From positions 43,092,001 to 43,156,000 of the forward strand of contig CM052817.1 in NCBI GenBank assembly GCA_028534125.1: 64,000 bases of DNA, in the 5' to 3' direction. This document shows, in pieces, positions 14,701 to 29,577 of the stretch. This DNA comes from Lama glama (Eukaryota). How positions within the stretch are numbered: the first letter of the stretch is position 1; each line of letters opens with the position of its first letter. Made by a program: the position numbers and the translations under genes. The notes under the pieces are model-generated. The model did not search any database, had not been told where the DNA came from, and saw nothing but the letters and a program-made list of their open reading frames with translations.

Positions 14701-15371
14701 GTGGCTGGAGGCTATGACAGAGGATGTTTAAAATGGAGAAAACATAGCAATGCTAGAGACACTTTAATTAAAACAGTACTGAGCTGTGCTATTTAAATAC
14801 TGCAGCTTGCTAACATAGTTTAACATCTAATGGTCCTCCCCCTCCCCCAAATCATCTTTTTCAGAAATTTTACCATGTGCACATATAAAAAATTAAATTA
14901 TAATATCTATCAAAAGGAAAGGAAAAACTCTCAAAGGAGTTTGGAAGGAATACTGAAGTATTCTTTTGGAATCAAAGGCCACAGGACTATTCTTTCTGAT
15001 ACTACACTTAGGGGGCTTTCCAATTTTATAATCAATACAGAATAAATATTGAAAAGGGTGGCAATATAAACTTCAATCTAAGATTGTCAACACTTTGATC
15101 TGAAGAAGCAATAGATCTGGATATTTAAACTTCAAAAGTACAAAGACTGAATAATTAAATGTTATGGTGTAAGTTTTTCCAGAAATTCCAGTTTCACTAA
15201 TTATATAATCTCTATGTTCTATAAAAGCTTATCTAGAGTTGAAAAATGCCCATGTACTAATCAGTAATTAGGCAGCTTTCATTTCTATAAAAGCCTTATA
15301 AATATCTTTTTAAATGTATTTCTTCACTATAGTTTCACAAAATTATAACATAAAATTAAAAGACTAGGTTT

Positions 15372-15480
15372 AATATGTGTGTATATTGTATGTATATGTG
15401 TAACTGAATCACTTGGCTGTACACCTGAAACATTGTAAATCAACTACACTTCAATAAAAAATTAAATCTTTTAAAAAAGA
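15372..15480 (+). mobile_element. Short L1 3' tail about 70 nt past the exon 7 donor
   Basis: taactgaatcacttggctgtacacctgaaacattgtaaatcaactacacttcaataaaaaa. Confidence 0.8.
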
Positions 15481-15531
15481 AAAGGAATGGAAACAGCAAG
15501 CCGTTAAGTACAGTATCTCACAATTTTTTCA

Positions 15532-15708
<177 letters not shown>

Positions 15709-18700
15709 TCATCAGAGCTCAAGTATCAACTTAACCACAAGACCCAAAAATAAGCCACAATCAAAAACTTAATATATTATTTAAAAAAACCAAAAGCCTT
15801 ATGTTTCTTTTCAATCCTTTCAACTTAAGTTGAAACAAATTAATGTGCTTAATTTTTTAAAAGACATTTAACTGTATCATTCCCATATTTTTCTATCACA
15901 TCTGTAGCTAGTTGGCTGAATTAAGGCTATCATCGAACTCTAGATCATGAATGGTATAATTAAAACTAAAAGTGGCTGGTTCCTTCTGGGGAAAAAATTA
16001 CACTTTCATTTCTTCCACAAGGAAAATCTATATTTAGTACATAACTAGCTTATAATAACCAATAAAGTAAGCACAAGGTTCCTCCTAGAAGCATCTTTTT
16101 AAAACTTCACTATAAAGCATGTCTTAAATTCCTGAAATTCCAAATGAGTTAGCCAGCACAGTTAAATTTATCAGACAACCGTCAATACATTTTCACTGAT
16201 CATTCGTAAGTACATGTCATTATTTCACAGTATAAAAATAGTTTTATATTTCTGTGTATATTCCTATAATTTTTATTCTACATTGTACTAATCATATTTG
16301 TACCTGGGTAATCTATACAAAATTCAAAAGGGGAGGGCTCTGTCTGCTTCACTTGCATGGATTCATACACATCACAGCACCAGCAAATCTAATTGCTGAC
16401 AATGAAGACAAAACACCCTAAAACACAACTTGCATCTGGAAAAGTAGCATAGGAAATATTTAGCTAAGCTGCTAATAGCTCAAACCTGAGAAGCAGTAAT
16501 AAAAAGTGGTTTTTGCTCAAGAAATCATATTGTCACAAGAAGTCACCTACAAGCCTTAAGAGTATAAAGAGCATTTCTAATTCTAAACAGATTGTATAAA
16601 ATTATCCAATAGTTACTACACAATTACATCAGCAATACTGAAATTTGGGCAATCTAAAATTTAGAAAATCAGCATTCTTCTGTTGGATTTTCTCCACACA
16701 TCAACTTAGCAAACCTAATTAACAAATACACTAGCTTTATAACTACTATGAAGATTACAATAGGCAGAAACACCTTTGTGAGTTTAACAATATTAATTTA
16801 TAAAACATTATCTTCAATATTATAACAGACTTCCAATGAAAAAAGTTAAAGACTCTAGAAATTTCAATGTATTAGTTCAAAATCATTACTTAGTTATTTA
16901 CTATATAACTAACAAAACTGTAAAGATTCTGAATAGAAATAACCAATTCAATGTGGCTTAAAAATTTTTGATGCTTTTTTATATAAGAAAGATATTTTCA
17001 GCATTTGTGCAGCAAATTGAGCATAAGGCTTCCTTAACAGCACTAAAAACTGTATTATTAGTGGTGTAATATCTGCATTAAATTACACCTTTCTTCTGCA
17101 CACATGACAGTTAGGAAAAAGAGGTCTGCATTTTAGCCAGTTTTATCTTGTCAATCAAACCTTCAGTAATGTGTCTTTTGTTAGAGTAAATGTTGTGGGA
17201 GTTCCCAGACAACAATGTCAGTATACTTAAAAAACAAATCTAAAATACTCTGCTTCACATAATGTGAACACAATGAGGTGTCCTAATTTTTTCACACCAA
17301 AGGCATTTCCCTCTTTATCCATTTGATACAATGAGAACCGTTCAAGAAACAGGAGGGAGCAAATGACCTCATTTTGAAGGCTGAGTATCGCTATCTTCAA
17401 TTTTCCTCATTGAAAGGTAACATGAAGCATCTCTCACTGAATTTCCTAATGCTCAATAAAATCAGCATGCTATTTCTCAGGATAAAAATAACCTACAATG
17501 GAAACTTCAAAGCAAAAAAAAATTTTTTTCCCAAAATATATATGCTAAATGAACACTTTAACCTCAATATTATAACTCTCTGAATCAGCATAACTTGAAA
17601 TAAGATCAGAAATATAATACTTAACCAATATGAATTGAATTTTTTTTCTGGATATTCTTGAAGTCACACCTAAAATGTTGCAGCATTTCACCTGAGCTAA
17701 GACAAGCATGAAAATGGCATCATGGAAATTAAAATTCTATCTCTGGTAACAATATAAACATAGATTCTGTTTTCTGATTATTTTTCTGGCTTTTTTATCT
17801 TTGAGTATCTGTCATCCCACAGCTATACGCAGTAACCCATTATAGAAATACTGCCCCATACACTAATCTGTGAACGATACAAATTTTAAACTTAATGCTG
17901 ACAATTTAGTATGCTGTCTGGCATGCATTCTAAGCCTTGTGAAAAATGAACAACAACAAGAGATTCCCTCCTTTCTGTTAAGATATTGGATAACAACAAT
18001 CAATCATGTGCTTAGAGACCAAGGTTTTTTTTTTTTTTTTTAAATCAACTCTTGATTTCAAAACAGCAGTCAAGCTATGATGTCTGCCGCTTCCTCTGCT
18101 GTTGAAATACTTTTAGGTAATATGGATTTCAACATTAGTCACAAAATTAGGCCAGAAAAGACTTCCACAATCACCTTTTCTAATACCTTTATTTTATAAA
18201 TTAAGATCCAATTGAATTTGTTTTCTACATTATACTGTAAGCCACTTGCTGTAAGCTATTTAATGAGTCAAATGTTAGTGCTAAGGAGAGCAAAGTGAAT
18301 TTGAGTCATACCAGCTGGTGATCTATAAGCAGTATCAAATTAACTAAATCAAACTTATTCATGGTTTGATTCAATTACGTACACTAACACAAGATTTAAG
18401 AGTCACTGGTGAAAAAGAGTATATTATATAAACAGATGAAAAGATATTATAAATACTTTTTTTTTAATTATCTTGCAAGAATCTCTGGTATCCCAACCTC
18501 CATAATAGAAGGCCAGGTGAGGAGCACCGAGGAGATACTCATTTGGTTTCACATATTATGCTCGAATACTTTCTAAACAGTATGCTTAAAAAACAAAATA
18601 AACATGACTGTTCTTGTAAACTCCAAAACTATTTCCAAAGGAATATTTTTCCTCTATACCTCATATGGTCACTAGTAGTAGATATGGTTGACTACTTGTT

Positions 18701-19278
18701 GAATTTAAATGAATTCACACTTTAAACAGTTTCCTGCTAGTTTATTAAACATAGCCAAAACATATTTTACTCATAAAGTAACTTTTAAAAAGGTATTAAC
18801 ACTCTAACATAAAGTTCAACTATATGAAGACATTATCTACCTCAATAGTCCAACCCAGATTTATATACTAAATGATAAAGAACCTCAATATATAGAGGTT
18901 AGTCAATGGTATGTTTATAAGTTTGAAAAAGTTTTACTCATGTTAGTTTCCATTAAAAAGATCCTAAAAACTCCAGAAAATTATCAGCATTATTACTTAA
19001 GAGTTGTGTCCAGCTTTTCCATACTATGATCAACCAAAACTGCAGTCCAATCAAAAAAAAAGTTAACCATCATATATAATCTAAATTCTAAAAAAAAAAA
19101 GCTGTTAAAAAAGTTAGATTATCTGGAAATCCCTTATTTGCTTTTTTTTTATACCTAAGCCTTCCATCTCAGGATTAAGAAGATAAAATGTGCTATTATT
19201 TTTCTTCTATCCACCACTGTCTTCTACTCAATAGGAAATACTTTGTGGGGGCAAGGGGAAAATAATCAACTGAACTCA

Positions 19279-19485
<207 letters not shown>

Positions 19486-20269
19486 CTACATAAAGTACGA
19501 TAAAAAACCTTTAGGTTCAATAACATTATAAAGAAATAATACTATTTTAAAAGCTCATTAAAAGTCCATCAAGGATTAAACAATACAAAGCATCTATACA
19601 CATTTTTATTCAACAAGTACAACAGCATCTCTAATAATATAAAAAATGAATTTTTAATAGAAAAATTTTCAATAAAGACAACATATTGGAAACATAGTTT
19701 TCCTTGAATTTCTTATATGAAAGATACAATTTGACTATAAAAATATCCTTATCAAAATATTTTGGTCTATTAATTTAAAAGTAAAGCTTCTACCCTCTCA
19801 AAAAATTAGTTTATATATGTTTACTAAGCAGTTTGTTTTTATAGACTCTAGCATAATTCCTTACACATGGTAGTAGATCTCCTTCAGGTTTGTTTTTGTA
19901 ATTGTTGTTTTACAAGTAACCTAGTTGCCGTAATTATAACTATACTAATTAAGTACACTTCTGAAACTGATGGCACAAGCAATTTGGAATTAGAAGATAC
20001 TATGGATAAATATTTACCAGTATAAAAACTTCAAATCCAATATGAACAAAATATCTGAATTAAGTTGTGCTCAATTTCCTGGCAGAAATTATTAGATATC
20101 AAAGGAGCTCCCATATTATGGCATAATTTAAGATTCATTTTGAGTGTTGATACGTTTTATTTTACATGAAGCATCTTGAAGTTCAACATTCTACCATCTT
20201 ACTTTATCCAAATTACCCTGATTGGTGAGACATTCTGAATGATACTACAGTAGAAGAGTGATCTAAGAC

Positions 20270-20390
20270 ACCAGTATATAAACTGCATGAGAGCAGGACT
20301 TTTTTCTGTTCACTGCTATATACTGCAGTGCCAACAACAGTGCCCACTACATTGCAGGCCCTGAATAAACACCTGTTAGCTGAATAAATG
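20270..20390 (+). mobile_element. L2 3' end
   Basis: tataaactgcatgagagcaggac...ctgttcactgc...ctgaataaacacctgttagctgaataaatg. Confidence 0.7.
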
Positions 20391-21559
20391 GTTAGACCAT
20401 TTCCTCCTCAATTGAGCCACAAAGCACAGGAACACATGAGCTTGCATTCATCGCTACTGTAAAATTCTGCTGAACCTTACTTAACTGTACTTCAGATCTT
20501 AACAGCAAGAAATGAAGCTTCCAACAAGTCAGAGATGCTTGAGCAGAATCCTATAGCAGCCATTATATACCATAATCCAATAACTTTTAAGATTATATGT
20601 ACCTACATATATTCACAAAAAGCCAATTTAATAATTCATTGTTCTGGTTTTCTTCAGGACATTTGTATGTTTACTAAGGAGTTTGTTTTTATGGAATCTA
20701 ACATAATCATCATATCCTGAGTGGAAACACGTAAGTCTAGAAAACCACAGTTTGGTACGGGTGGGCCAGAGTAAGATCAGTTCTGTCGAGCTACTTCAAA
20801 ACACACGTTGCAGTTCAAATGAAAGCTCCTAGACAGTGTTAAACAACTGTGAATTTGTGAGGAAATGAAGAAAAAGAACTTTAAAAAGGCAACTGTTTAG
20901 AAATTCCTATTCTGACAGATCTTTCTACATTCTGCATCATTTTATTAAGTAATCAAAGAATTACAAATAGTACTATTTTCTAAAACTAGAAAACAGAAAA
21001 GTCAGGGATGGTCCCTGGAGCACTCTAGCAACCATGGAAAGTACAAGATTAAGAAAACAGAAGGCACACATGAGTTCTATTTCTACTGAAGAGTCTTCTA
21101 ATACATTATTATAAAGTAACAAGTTTTCCACATAGTTTTCAATGCATTAATTAATAGGTTAATCTTCTTAATATTAAATATGAAGTAAAAGCCTACATGT
21201 TTTTAAATACTTTAATTTTTTTCCTAACATGCACAAATCCTCAGTATCAATAAAACAAAGATGTTTAACTGAACTCAACAATAACCTAAAACTCCCTTTA
21301 ATGAGTCCACTAATTACTATAGTTTATATAACAAACTTCTTGATAAACTTGTTTACCATGTAGATGAAAATTTTGTTTCCATGGTAAAATGCATTTCCTA
21401 TTGAACTCAATGAGACATAAGCTAATCGGTGTCTATGGCACAGAAATATCTTAAAGAGATCTATAAATGGAATACCTAAAGTTATATTAGCTGGGCTGGT
21501 CACAGACTCAAGTTAACTAAAATTCCCACGAGATGAAGTGCAATAAAGACAGACACTTA

Positions 21560-21736
<177 letters not shown>

Positions 21737-21786
21737 TTACAACAGTGTTTTTACTCAATAAACACTAAAGAGCTTGTGCCATGTGG

Positions 21787-21812
21787 AGAGAGAGAGAGAG
21801 AAGAGAGAGAAA
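21787..21812. repeat. (GA)n microsatellite
   Basis: gagagagagagagaagagagagaaa. Confidence 0.85.
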
Positions 21813-22204
21813 GACAGAAGATACCTCAAATTGTAAGAAAGGAGAAATAATTCAAACCAAAAATATACCTTACTATATCTACTATTTCTCTTACTAAGCC
21901 CAAAGAAGTGCTTCTCCCATCCCAGGACGATTTTTGCAAGGGCCAAGAAACCCTAAGTCCTCTCTGAAACCGTTTCTATGAAAGAGAAGAACTAACAGCA
22001 GTCAGAGTCTACACTATACCTTTATTCTTCTCCTAACACTTCAGCTTATCTGTAGAAAAGTAACAAAAATCATTACAATTCTACTTCTGATTGACTCCTA
22101 ATTCCACTTTTATCTAATATACTACACTGAAAAACACGGATTGACTTTATGCCTTAACTTAGAGATCAGAATTGTAGAAACTTAAATAAAATTATGTGCA
22201 CAGT

Positions 22205-22437
22205 TTCTAGAACAGGAGAGTCTGGGTTCACAGCCCAACTCTGCCACTTACTAGCATATGTACCCTTGGACAATTTGCTTAACCACTTTTGTGCTTTAGT
22301 TTCCTTACCTATAAAATGGGGGAAATAATATCTATTACATGGAATGGTTGTAAAAACTGAATGAACTAAAACATGTAAAGAGCTTAGAACAGTAACCAAA
22401 ATAAGGTAAGTGCAGGATAAAAGATAGTATTATTATT
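22205..22437 (+). mobile_element. MIR SINE
   Basis: ctgggttcacagcccaactctgccacttactagc...tttccttacctataaaatggggg...gtaaagagcttagaacag. Confidence 0.85.
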
Positions 22438-22946
22438 AACTTTTTTCACAATAGTTTTTCCTGAATGAGTAATTCTCTACACTACCAAAATACTCATATC
22501 ATAGTTTCTTTATCATTTTTCTTCTTTACTGCATTTTAGTCTACTTTTAAAAGATTTACATAAAATGCTTATATAAGAAATCTACTTAAAATAAACATAC
22601 GTTTGCATAAATTTACACATGTAAAAAGAACTAAGTATTTGAAGTATGGGTCTATACAAAATTATGCAGTTCAATGTCTTTTTTGTTTTAAAATCAAGAA
22701 GATTCAGTTGAAGACATCAACTTTACATTAAAAAAGTTAATGAGCTACAACAGTACAAAAAAATCAGACCAAATTATTAGGGAGAATGTGGAAGTTACAT
22801 ATTCAAAAGAACTGAAATGAACTATATTGGTTATCCAAATTAAGGGACAGAGGTCTGCAGTCATGCATTTTAAGCTCGCCTTGACTTGTATCCTTTTATC
22901 TTAGGTTTCCCTAGATAATGCTTTCATTGTTAACAACTTACATTCT

Positions 22947-23463
22947 TTTTTAAGATTTTTTAAAAATTTCTACTGAAGTATAGTTGATTTATAATGTAGT
23001 GTTAGTTTCTGGTGTACAGCATAGTGATTCAGTTATACATACATACATTCTTTTCCATATTCTTTTCCCTTATGGTTTTATTATAGGATATTGATTAGAA
23101 TTCCCTATGTCATTCAGTAATAGGAACTTGTTGTTTATTTATTTTATATATAGTAGTTTGTATCTGCTAATCCTAAACTCCTAATTTATCTTTCCCCCAC
23201 CCCCTTTCCCTTTTGTTTCCTATCTCTGTGAGTCTGTTTCTGTTTTGTAAATAAGTTCATTTGTATCATACTTTAGATTCCACATAAGTAATATGGTATT
23301 TATCTCTTTCTGACTTGCTTCTCTTAGTATAATAATCTCTAAGTCCATCCATGTTGCTGAAAATGGTATTATTTCATTTTTTATGGCTGAGTAGTATTCC
23401 TGTGTGTGTCTGTGTCTGTGTGTGTGTATGTCTTTATTTAAACATCTGTCGATGGACATTTAG
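22947..23463 (-). mobile_element. 5'-truncated L1 3' end (sense to BMP2K) with TSD
   Basis: ORF remnant EYYSAIKNEIIPFSATWMDLEIIILRE on the minus strand. TSD aacaacttacattct (22932-22946) / aacaacctatattct (23464-23478). Confidence 0.9.
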
Positions 23464-23564
23464 AACAACCTATATTCTAAGTGACATACTCTATTCTCTT
23501 GTATCTTAAGAACATTTTATTAGCTCTTTTCATAAATTTTGTATAATTAGTCAGAATTGGGAGT

Positions 23565-23915
23565 CATTCATTCATTAAATGTTTACTGAGACCCTGCTAC
23601 GTGCCAGGCACTGTTCCAAATGCTTGGATGCCTCACTACAAAAGAGCAAAGTCCCTGCCCACATGGAGCTTACATTATAGTGGGAGAGGACAGAAAATAA
23701 ACAATAGGCATAATACATAAGCAAATTATATAGCATCTGAGAAAGCAACAAGTGATAATAAAAAGGCAGAGCAAGCAGAGAATAAAAAGGTTAGGTTGTA
23801 AGTATACATAAGGTGGTGCAAGGATGGGATTCACTGAGAAAGTGAATCTGAGCACACCTAAAGTTGGGGAAAGACTGGCCACAGCATTTCTGGGCATAAA
23901 GCATTTCAGGAGGAG
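23565..23915 (-). mobile_element. L2 3' fragment
   Basis: cattcattcattaaatgtttactgagaccctgctacgtgccaggcactgtt...gtccctgcccacatggagcttacatt. Confidence 0.85.
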
Positions 23916-24142
23916 GAATTTTTGTAATCTCAGTGTGCACAGGTATCAAAGAAGACATCTATGGTTCTAAATAATATGTGTAATTATAGCTCAAGCAATA
24001 TGATACTAGGAATATTCGGTCCCCTTTGGGGACTTTTTCCAATGTAACAAGTGGGTACCACATAAAAGAGGTCAGATTCCACAAAAACGTAAGATAAAGT
24101 AGCCTTAAAGTGACAATCACCACCGAGTTAAGGTAAATGATG

Positions 24143-24285
24143 TAAAACTATAGAAAATTATAAATACCCAAGTAAAGAGACCCATTTATAGTCCTTCCAG
24201 TATCTTTGGAAAACACCCTGATGATTCATATAAATTACAGGAAGTAGGAAGAGTGCTGAACTGGGAAGAACAACGTAGAGGGACA
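24143..24285. repeat. Copy A of a ~143-bp dispersed direct repeat (intron 4)
   Basis: Manual alignment to 25671-25812 gives about 79% identity. Confidence 0.85.
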
Positions 24286-24557
24286 TCTGACCTGTGTCAC
24301 TGATGTTCCTATTTTTGTCCATATGAAACCTTAAAGAAGCCTACTCTGTAAACAGAAGCAGAGTAGGGAGCATAAAATCTACCTCTACGGTCATGCTAGA
24401 AACCCTCAGGGTCATGGAAAGCACAATTTCAATTCTACTGTCAGTCTGTACATGGCCTCAGGAAATGCAGCACGGGACAGAAAGACCAATCTCAGTGCTG
24501 GTAATAAAAACTGGTTTAGATGAAGACAGTCCAAGAACATTTTAACTCCAAAGTTTA

Positions 24558-24770
<213 letters not shown>

Positions 24771-24876
24771 TTAATAAATGAAGACTACTGCAAACAAAGA
24801 AATTAAGAAATGTCTTTACAGTCTCAGGTAATGGGAAACTGCTTTTTCATAATATTCATGTAAGGATGCTTATTAT

Positions 24877-25055
24877 ACCATATTGTGCTGATTCAACAAC
24901 ATACATTTTTTTCACATTTTTACATCTCTGAAATGAGAACATCTTAAAATAGACAATGTTCTGCTAATGCTATTGGCTATATTTTTAAACATTTTAACAT
25001 CTGCAAAATCAGGTATACCTTGTCACTAATGGCATCACAGATCTGAAGAAATAGT
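24877..25055. mobile_element. MER104-like (TcMar-Tc2) non-autonomous DNA transposon
   Basis: Internally duplicated ttttcacatttttacatctctgaaat / aaacattttaacatctgcaaaatc, with inverted-type termini ccatatt...gaaatag. Confidence 0.55.
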
Positions 25056-25059
25056 TATT

Positions 25060-25615
25060 CTACACTGTGCTAACTTTTGGGTAAACAGTGGTAAAGAAAA
25101 AGAGTCTCTACTATCATGGAATTTATGGTCTAAAAGGCACAGATGAACATTAAACAATCACACAAACGAATACTCGTCACAATCATGTAACAACAAGGAT
25201 GATATGAGAGAACCCTAAGTTTAAATTGGTGGAGGAGGACGGCAAGCAGAGAATGCCAGAGCAGTCCTGTCTAAGGAAGTGATTATTTACGTTGCGACTG
25301 AAGGTTAACTAGGGAGTTAACCCAGCAGAGATTTGGGAGAAGAATGCGCTGGTGATAGCAAGTGGCACATATCAAGGCCTCTGGTTTGCAAGAGCTTAAT
25401 GATTATGAATAACTTTTAAAGAGAACCTCTACAGATATGGTCTAGAAAGCAGAGAAAAGAGTGAAGTATATTTTAGATTTTATCTTGAAAACCAAGGAAA
25501 CTTCCTGATCTGACTTTTTTAAAGGTCCCCTTGATTAGGGGATGGAGGAATCGCAAGAGCGGAAATAGAGAGCTGGGTTAAGGGACTAACGCCCTAAACT
25601 GGGAAAAGATAATGG
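25060..25615 (-). mobile_element. L2 fragment (decayed)
   Basis: gtctctactatcatggaatttatggtcta...ttttagattttatcttgaaaacc...gatctgactttt. Confidence 0.55.
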
Positions 25616-25670
25616 GTAGATAACTTACTAAAATCAAATAGCCACACCAATGAGCCCTGAGAGGATTATA

Positions 25671-25812
25671 TAAAACTATAGTAAATTTTAAATAAATGAG
25701 TAAAGAGCTCTATTTAGTCACTTCTAGTATCTCTGGATAACACCCAGATGCTTAACATGAATTATAGGAAACAGGAGGTGTGCTGAATTAGGAAGAACAG
25801 TGTGGAGGGACA
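25671..25812. repeat. Copy B of the ~143-bp dispersed direct repeat (intron 3)
   Basis: Shared blocks taaaactatag, agtaaagag, agtatct, gtgctgaa, ggaagaaca and gagggaca. Confidence 0.85.
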
Positions 25813-28134
25813 CTGTCATATATACATTATACAATATATTAAATATTACAATATACTACAGTAATTGATCATCCAAAAATGATAATTCTTAATTATTAAG
25901 AAAAAGTTTTCTATCATTATACTTTAAGAATACAAATAAGTGCATGATTCATTCAGAAAGCATTCTAACAGAAATCAGGTTTGGAAATTGAAGAAGGCAA
26001 TGTTATGTTAACTTGAAACTTTCCTTTAACAAGTTCAAATAAGTGACTGTCTGTTATTTTGTAATCTGTAAGAAGATTTATACACATCTGCTCCTTCCAT
26101 CATTACTGTCTAAAAGCATTCTTATATATCTTCTGAAATAGCTGCTTTTTTCTTAGAAACTTAAAGTAGAAAAAAACATTAAATTTGCCTATCAATCCCC
26201 AACTTTCAGAAAACTCAGGTCTACTTGGTATTATTTGCCAGAGTGTCATATAAGACTGAGGCAGCAGTTTCCTCCATTTTCTTGTTTGTCAGATGTCCTG
26301 ACTTGTTTTATCTAAAAATTAAACAGTTTTAAAAAAGTATTTTATTGGTGTTCATTCACAGTCTTTAAATACCATTTCACAGCTAAAGAAATCATAACTT
26401 TGAACTCATTCTACTCCTTCCAAATTTTCAATGTTGTAATGAGTAGAATAAATTTTAAACAAAAGTCAACCCTCTTTCTTCCTCTCAGAGATCTTTGGAC
26501 TAGAAACCTTGAATCACAAAATCCAAGTCCTCAGAAAAAGCTAAAACCCGTATTTGAGCTGCATTTCAAATGTAGAAACAAATAAAATTTCATTATTCAA
26601 AATCATATTCTGAAAATTAAAAGTATTCTAATGAAAAACTTAAAAATCAGATTCAGAAAGCAAACAATATATACTGAAGGTCTTTTAAAACAAGAAGCAC
26701 ATAATTCCCAAATCATTCCCTATTTTTCAAACAGGTATCATCTCCTAAAGAAAAATTTTCATACTCTGTCTAATTTCATCATTAAAATTTAAAAAGTCAA
26801 CATTTTTCTAACCTCTTAAAGTAATCATCCAACAATCTTCATAACTCTGAGATTACACTTATTACCATTTAATTTAAAAAGCCATACAGTCCAACCTATC
26901 ACTCCATGTAAATTTTAATACTTGGTTTTTGTTAACAAGAAAATTAAATTTTATCTGCAATAGATTGCACCATTGGTCTCAAATACTCACTCCCCTAAAA
27001 AGTGAAACTCATTTAGTTCCCTTTTAAAATGTCTCCTGGATGGCAATTAATTAAACTCATCCACGGTTACGATTATTCTTGATTAAATTATTTTCAAAAA
27101 GTTACAAGGAGCCAAGGACTATTAGTCAACCCTAACCCACTTAAGAATTAGTGTGTTAAATGCTAGAATTCAAGAAAGTAGAATAAAGAAAATCAGCTTT
27201 TTTTTCCTTAAAGAGATCACAATGCTTTACAGTAGAGAAGAGATATGAATAAAGAAAAACCATCTAGAAAACATCTAATTTTTATATTATATATGGAAAT
27301 AAATTACTAACAGATCACAATAGATAGTATAATATTGATTCAGTTCATTTTCCTCTTACAAGACTGGAGGAAATAAGACCACATTTCCTCCATTACCATC
27401 ACCATCATCCTTCTCCTTCAACCTTCAGGAAGGGACAACAGTTCCTGGTATCATAATTAACAGTCATAACTGTCTTAAAAGAATCTAAAAATAAACCAGG
27501 GTTCCCTATAGCCCAAACTGCCAGATATAATCTAATGGGAAAAGAAAAGGGCAAGTTTGCAGGAAATACTGTTGCTTGCCCCCTTCACACATATTTAAGT
27601 AAAAACAATTTTTCAGGGATTTTAATAATTATTATTGTAATTCTTAAGGCATACTGAACAAGTAAATATTTCTTTGAAACTAACACATTAGATTCAAATA
27701 AAATGTGATTTTTACCTTCTAATGTTTATAAATGACTACATAATTTTATACAAATTATAGATAAAAATGTATCCTTTAAACTTATTACATGTAATACACT
27801 CAAAGATAACATAAGACAGTGCTTGAAAAAAATATTATAATACTAATATGGACACAGTATGCTCTTCTTGGTTGGATTATAAAAGAAATGCACAGGAAAC
27901 ATGAAAGGTAACTGCTCTTTACCTGCTTAATTTCCTGTTTTAAACTCAAGAGCATTTTTCTAATTGTCTGTTTACATGCTCATATCATCACTGCAACAGC
28001 TATGACTAGATTTTAAATCTTTTCTAACAGCATTCCTTAATTAGACAAATAATTAAAACTTAGATTGCATTATGTGTCCAGAATTAGGTGACAGCTGCCC
28101 AGGGAGAAATGAAGAAACCCAGTAACCCATTTTA

Positions 28135-28305
<171 letters not shown>

Positions 28306-29577
28306 TTAAAAATTGGAAAACACACAATCTAAAGCTCTATTGTTAGCGATGATGTGAAGTCTAAATTAATATATTTAAAGAATTTCACAAAGTAAGATTT
28401 AAAAGTATGGAATCCGACATCTCAAAAGGTCCCAGTTTCAATGGAAAATTTACTTACATGTCACTGTCATCTTCTAACAGGCAAATATTCAATGAATACT
28501 TATTTTTTAATTAAATAAAGAAGAAGATGGTTCATTCAAAAGTAACTGTCTCCAAAAGTGAGAGTATGAAAGTCTTTTGGGACTAAAAATAAAGTATCAG
28601 AACTTTTACTTATATTTCTATCTCTAAAAAATAAATATATTAAGCTCTAATACTTATGAACCAAAAATTATACTCTCATTTGTTTGTTTTGTCTGCACCA
28701 TATTGCAATTTATGAGTATGTAGTTAAGTGAATTTATGAATGTATGTACTTTTAACTAAAGACCCTAAAAAATGAACAAATAGCTAAAAAAGTTTTCTGT
28801 AAAGAAACCATAGATTAAAGATAATACTAATAGTACAAGTACAAGGAAATAAGAAGAAAATAGCAATTCTGACATTTCTGCTCTTAGTACAAGACAATCA
28901 TCAACACATAATAAAGTTAAAAATAATAATGAATTAAGTTAGGCCTGTCTATGAATTAAAAAACAATGATCAAGAATACTACTTAAAATAATATTTTTTA
29001 AAAATAATAATTTACATCCATTATCATTAAAATAAACCTAGTTTTAACCGTGCAATGTAATTTTAGATATTGGCTAATGGCAGCTAACATGGGAATAATT
29101 TATAAACATAAACAATGGAGGATGTGTCATCAAAAAAAGCGGGAAGACCACTGCTCTAAACAGCTCATCTCCCCTAAAATACCTTGTTTAAAAGCATAGG
29201 ATTCGAACGTTGCTATTGTTGATGATTACTATATGTTTATGTATCTCAAAATTACACAAATCCTATTGAAAGGAAGAATTATGGTACAATAGTACCATAT
29301 TTGAGCTCAAGTTAGTTAGAAAACTTAGTCTAAGATGCCCTCTTACCTTGGGGTAAACCTTTTTATCCTTTTGACTAATAGCCGTTCTTTAAAAAAAGCA
29401 AGTCTCAAAGCCTTATCAACTCTAGTGTAGCTAAGGGACAGGGATAATAGCAGAATTCAGATTAAGTTAGATTGTATAAACGTCTATCTTCAAAGAAGAG
29501 AGATCAAAATATATGTGTTGACAAGGATGTTGACTAAAAATAAGAAAATCTCCTTCTTAGCAGTTGGGTAGGAGTGT

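Noticed and set aside
26200..26300. Possible decayed duplicate of exon 4 downstream of repeat copy B
   Set aside because: Only scattered short word matches, with no recoverable HRDLK frame or splice sites.
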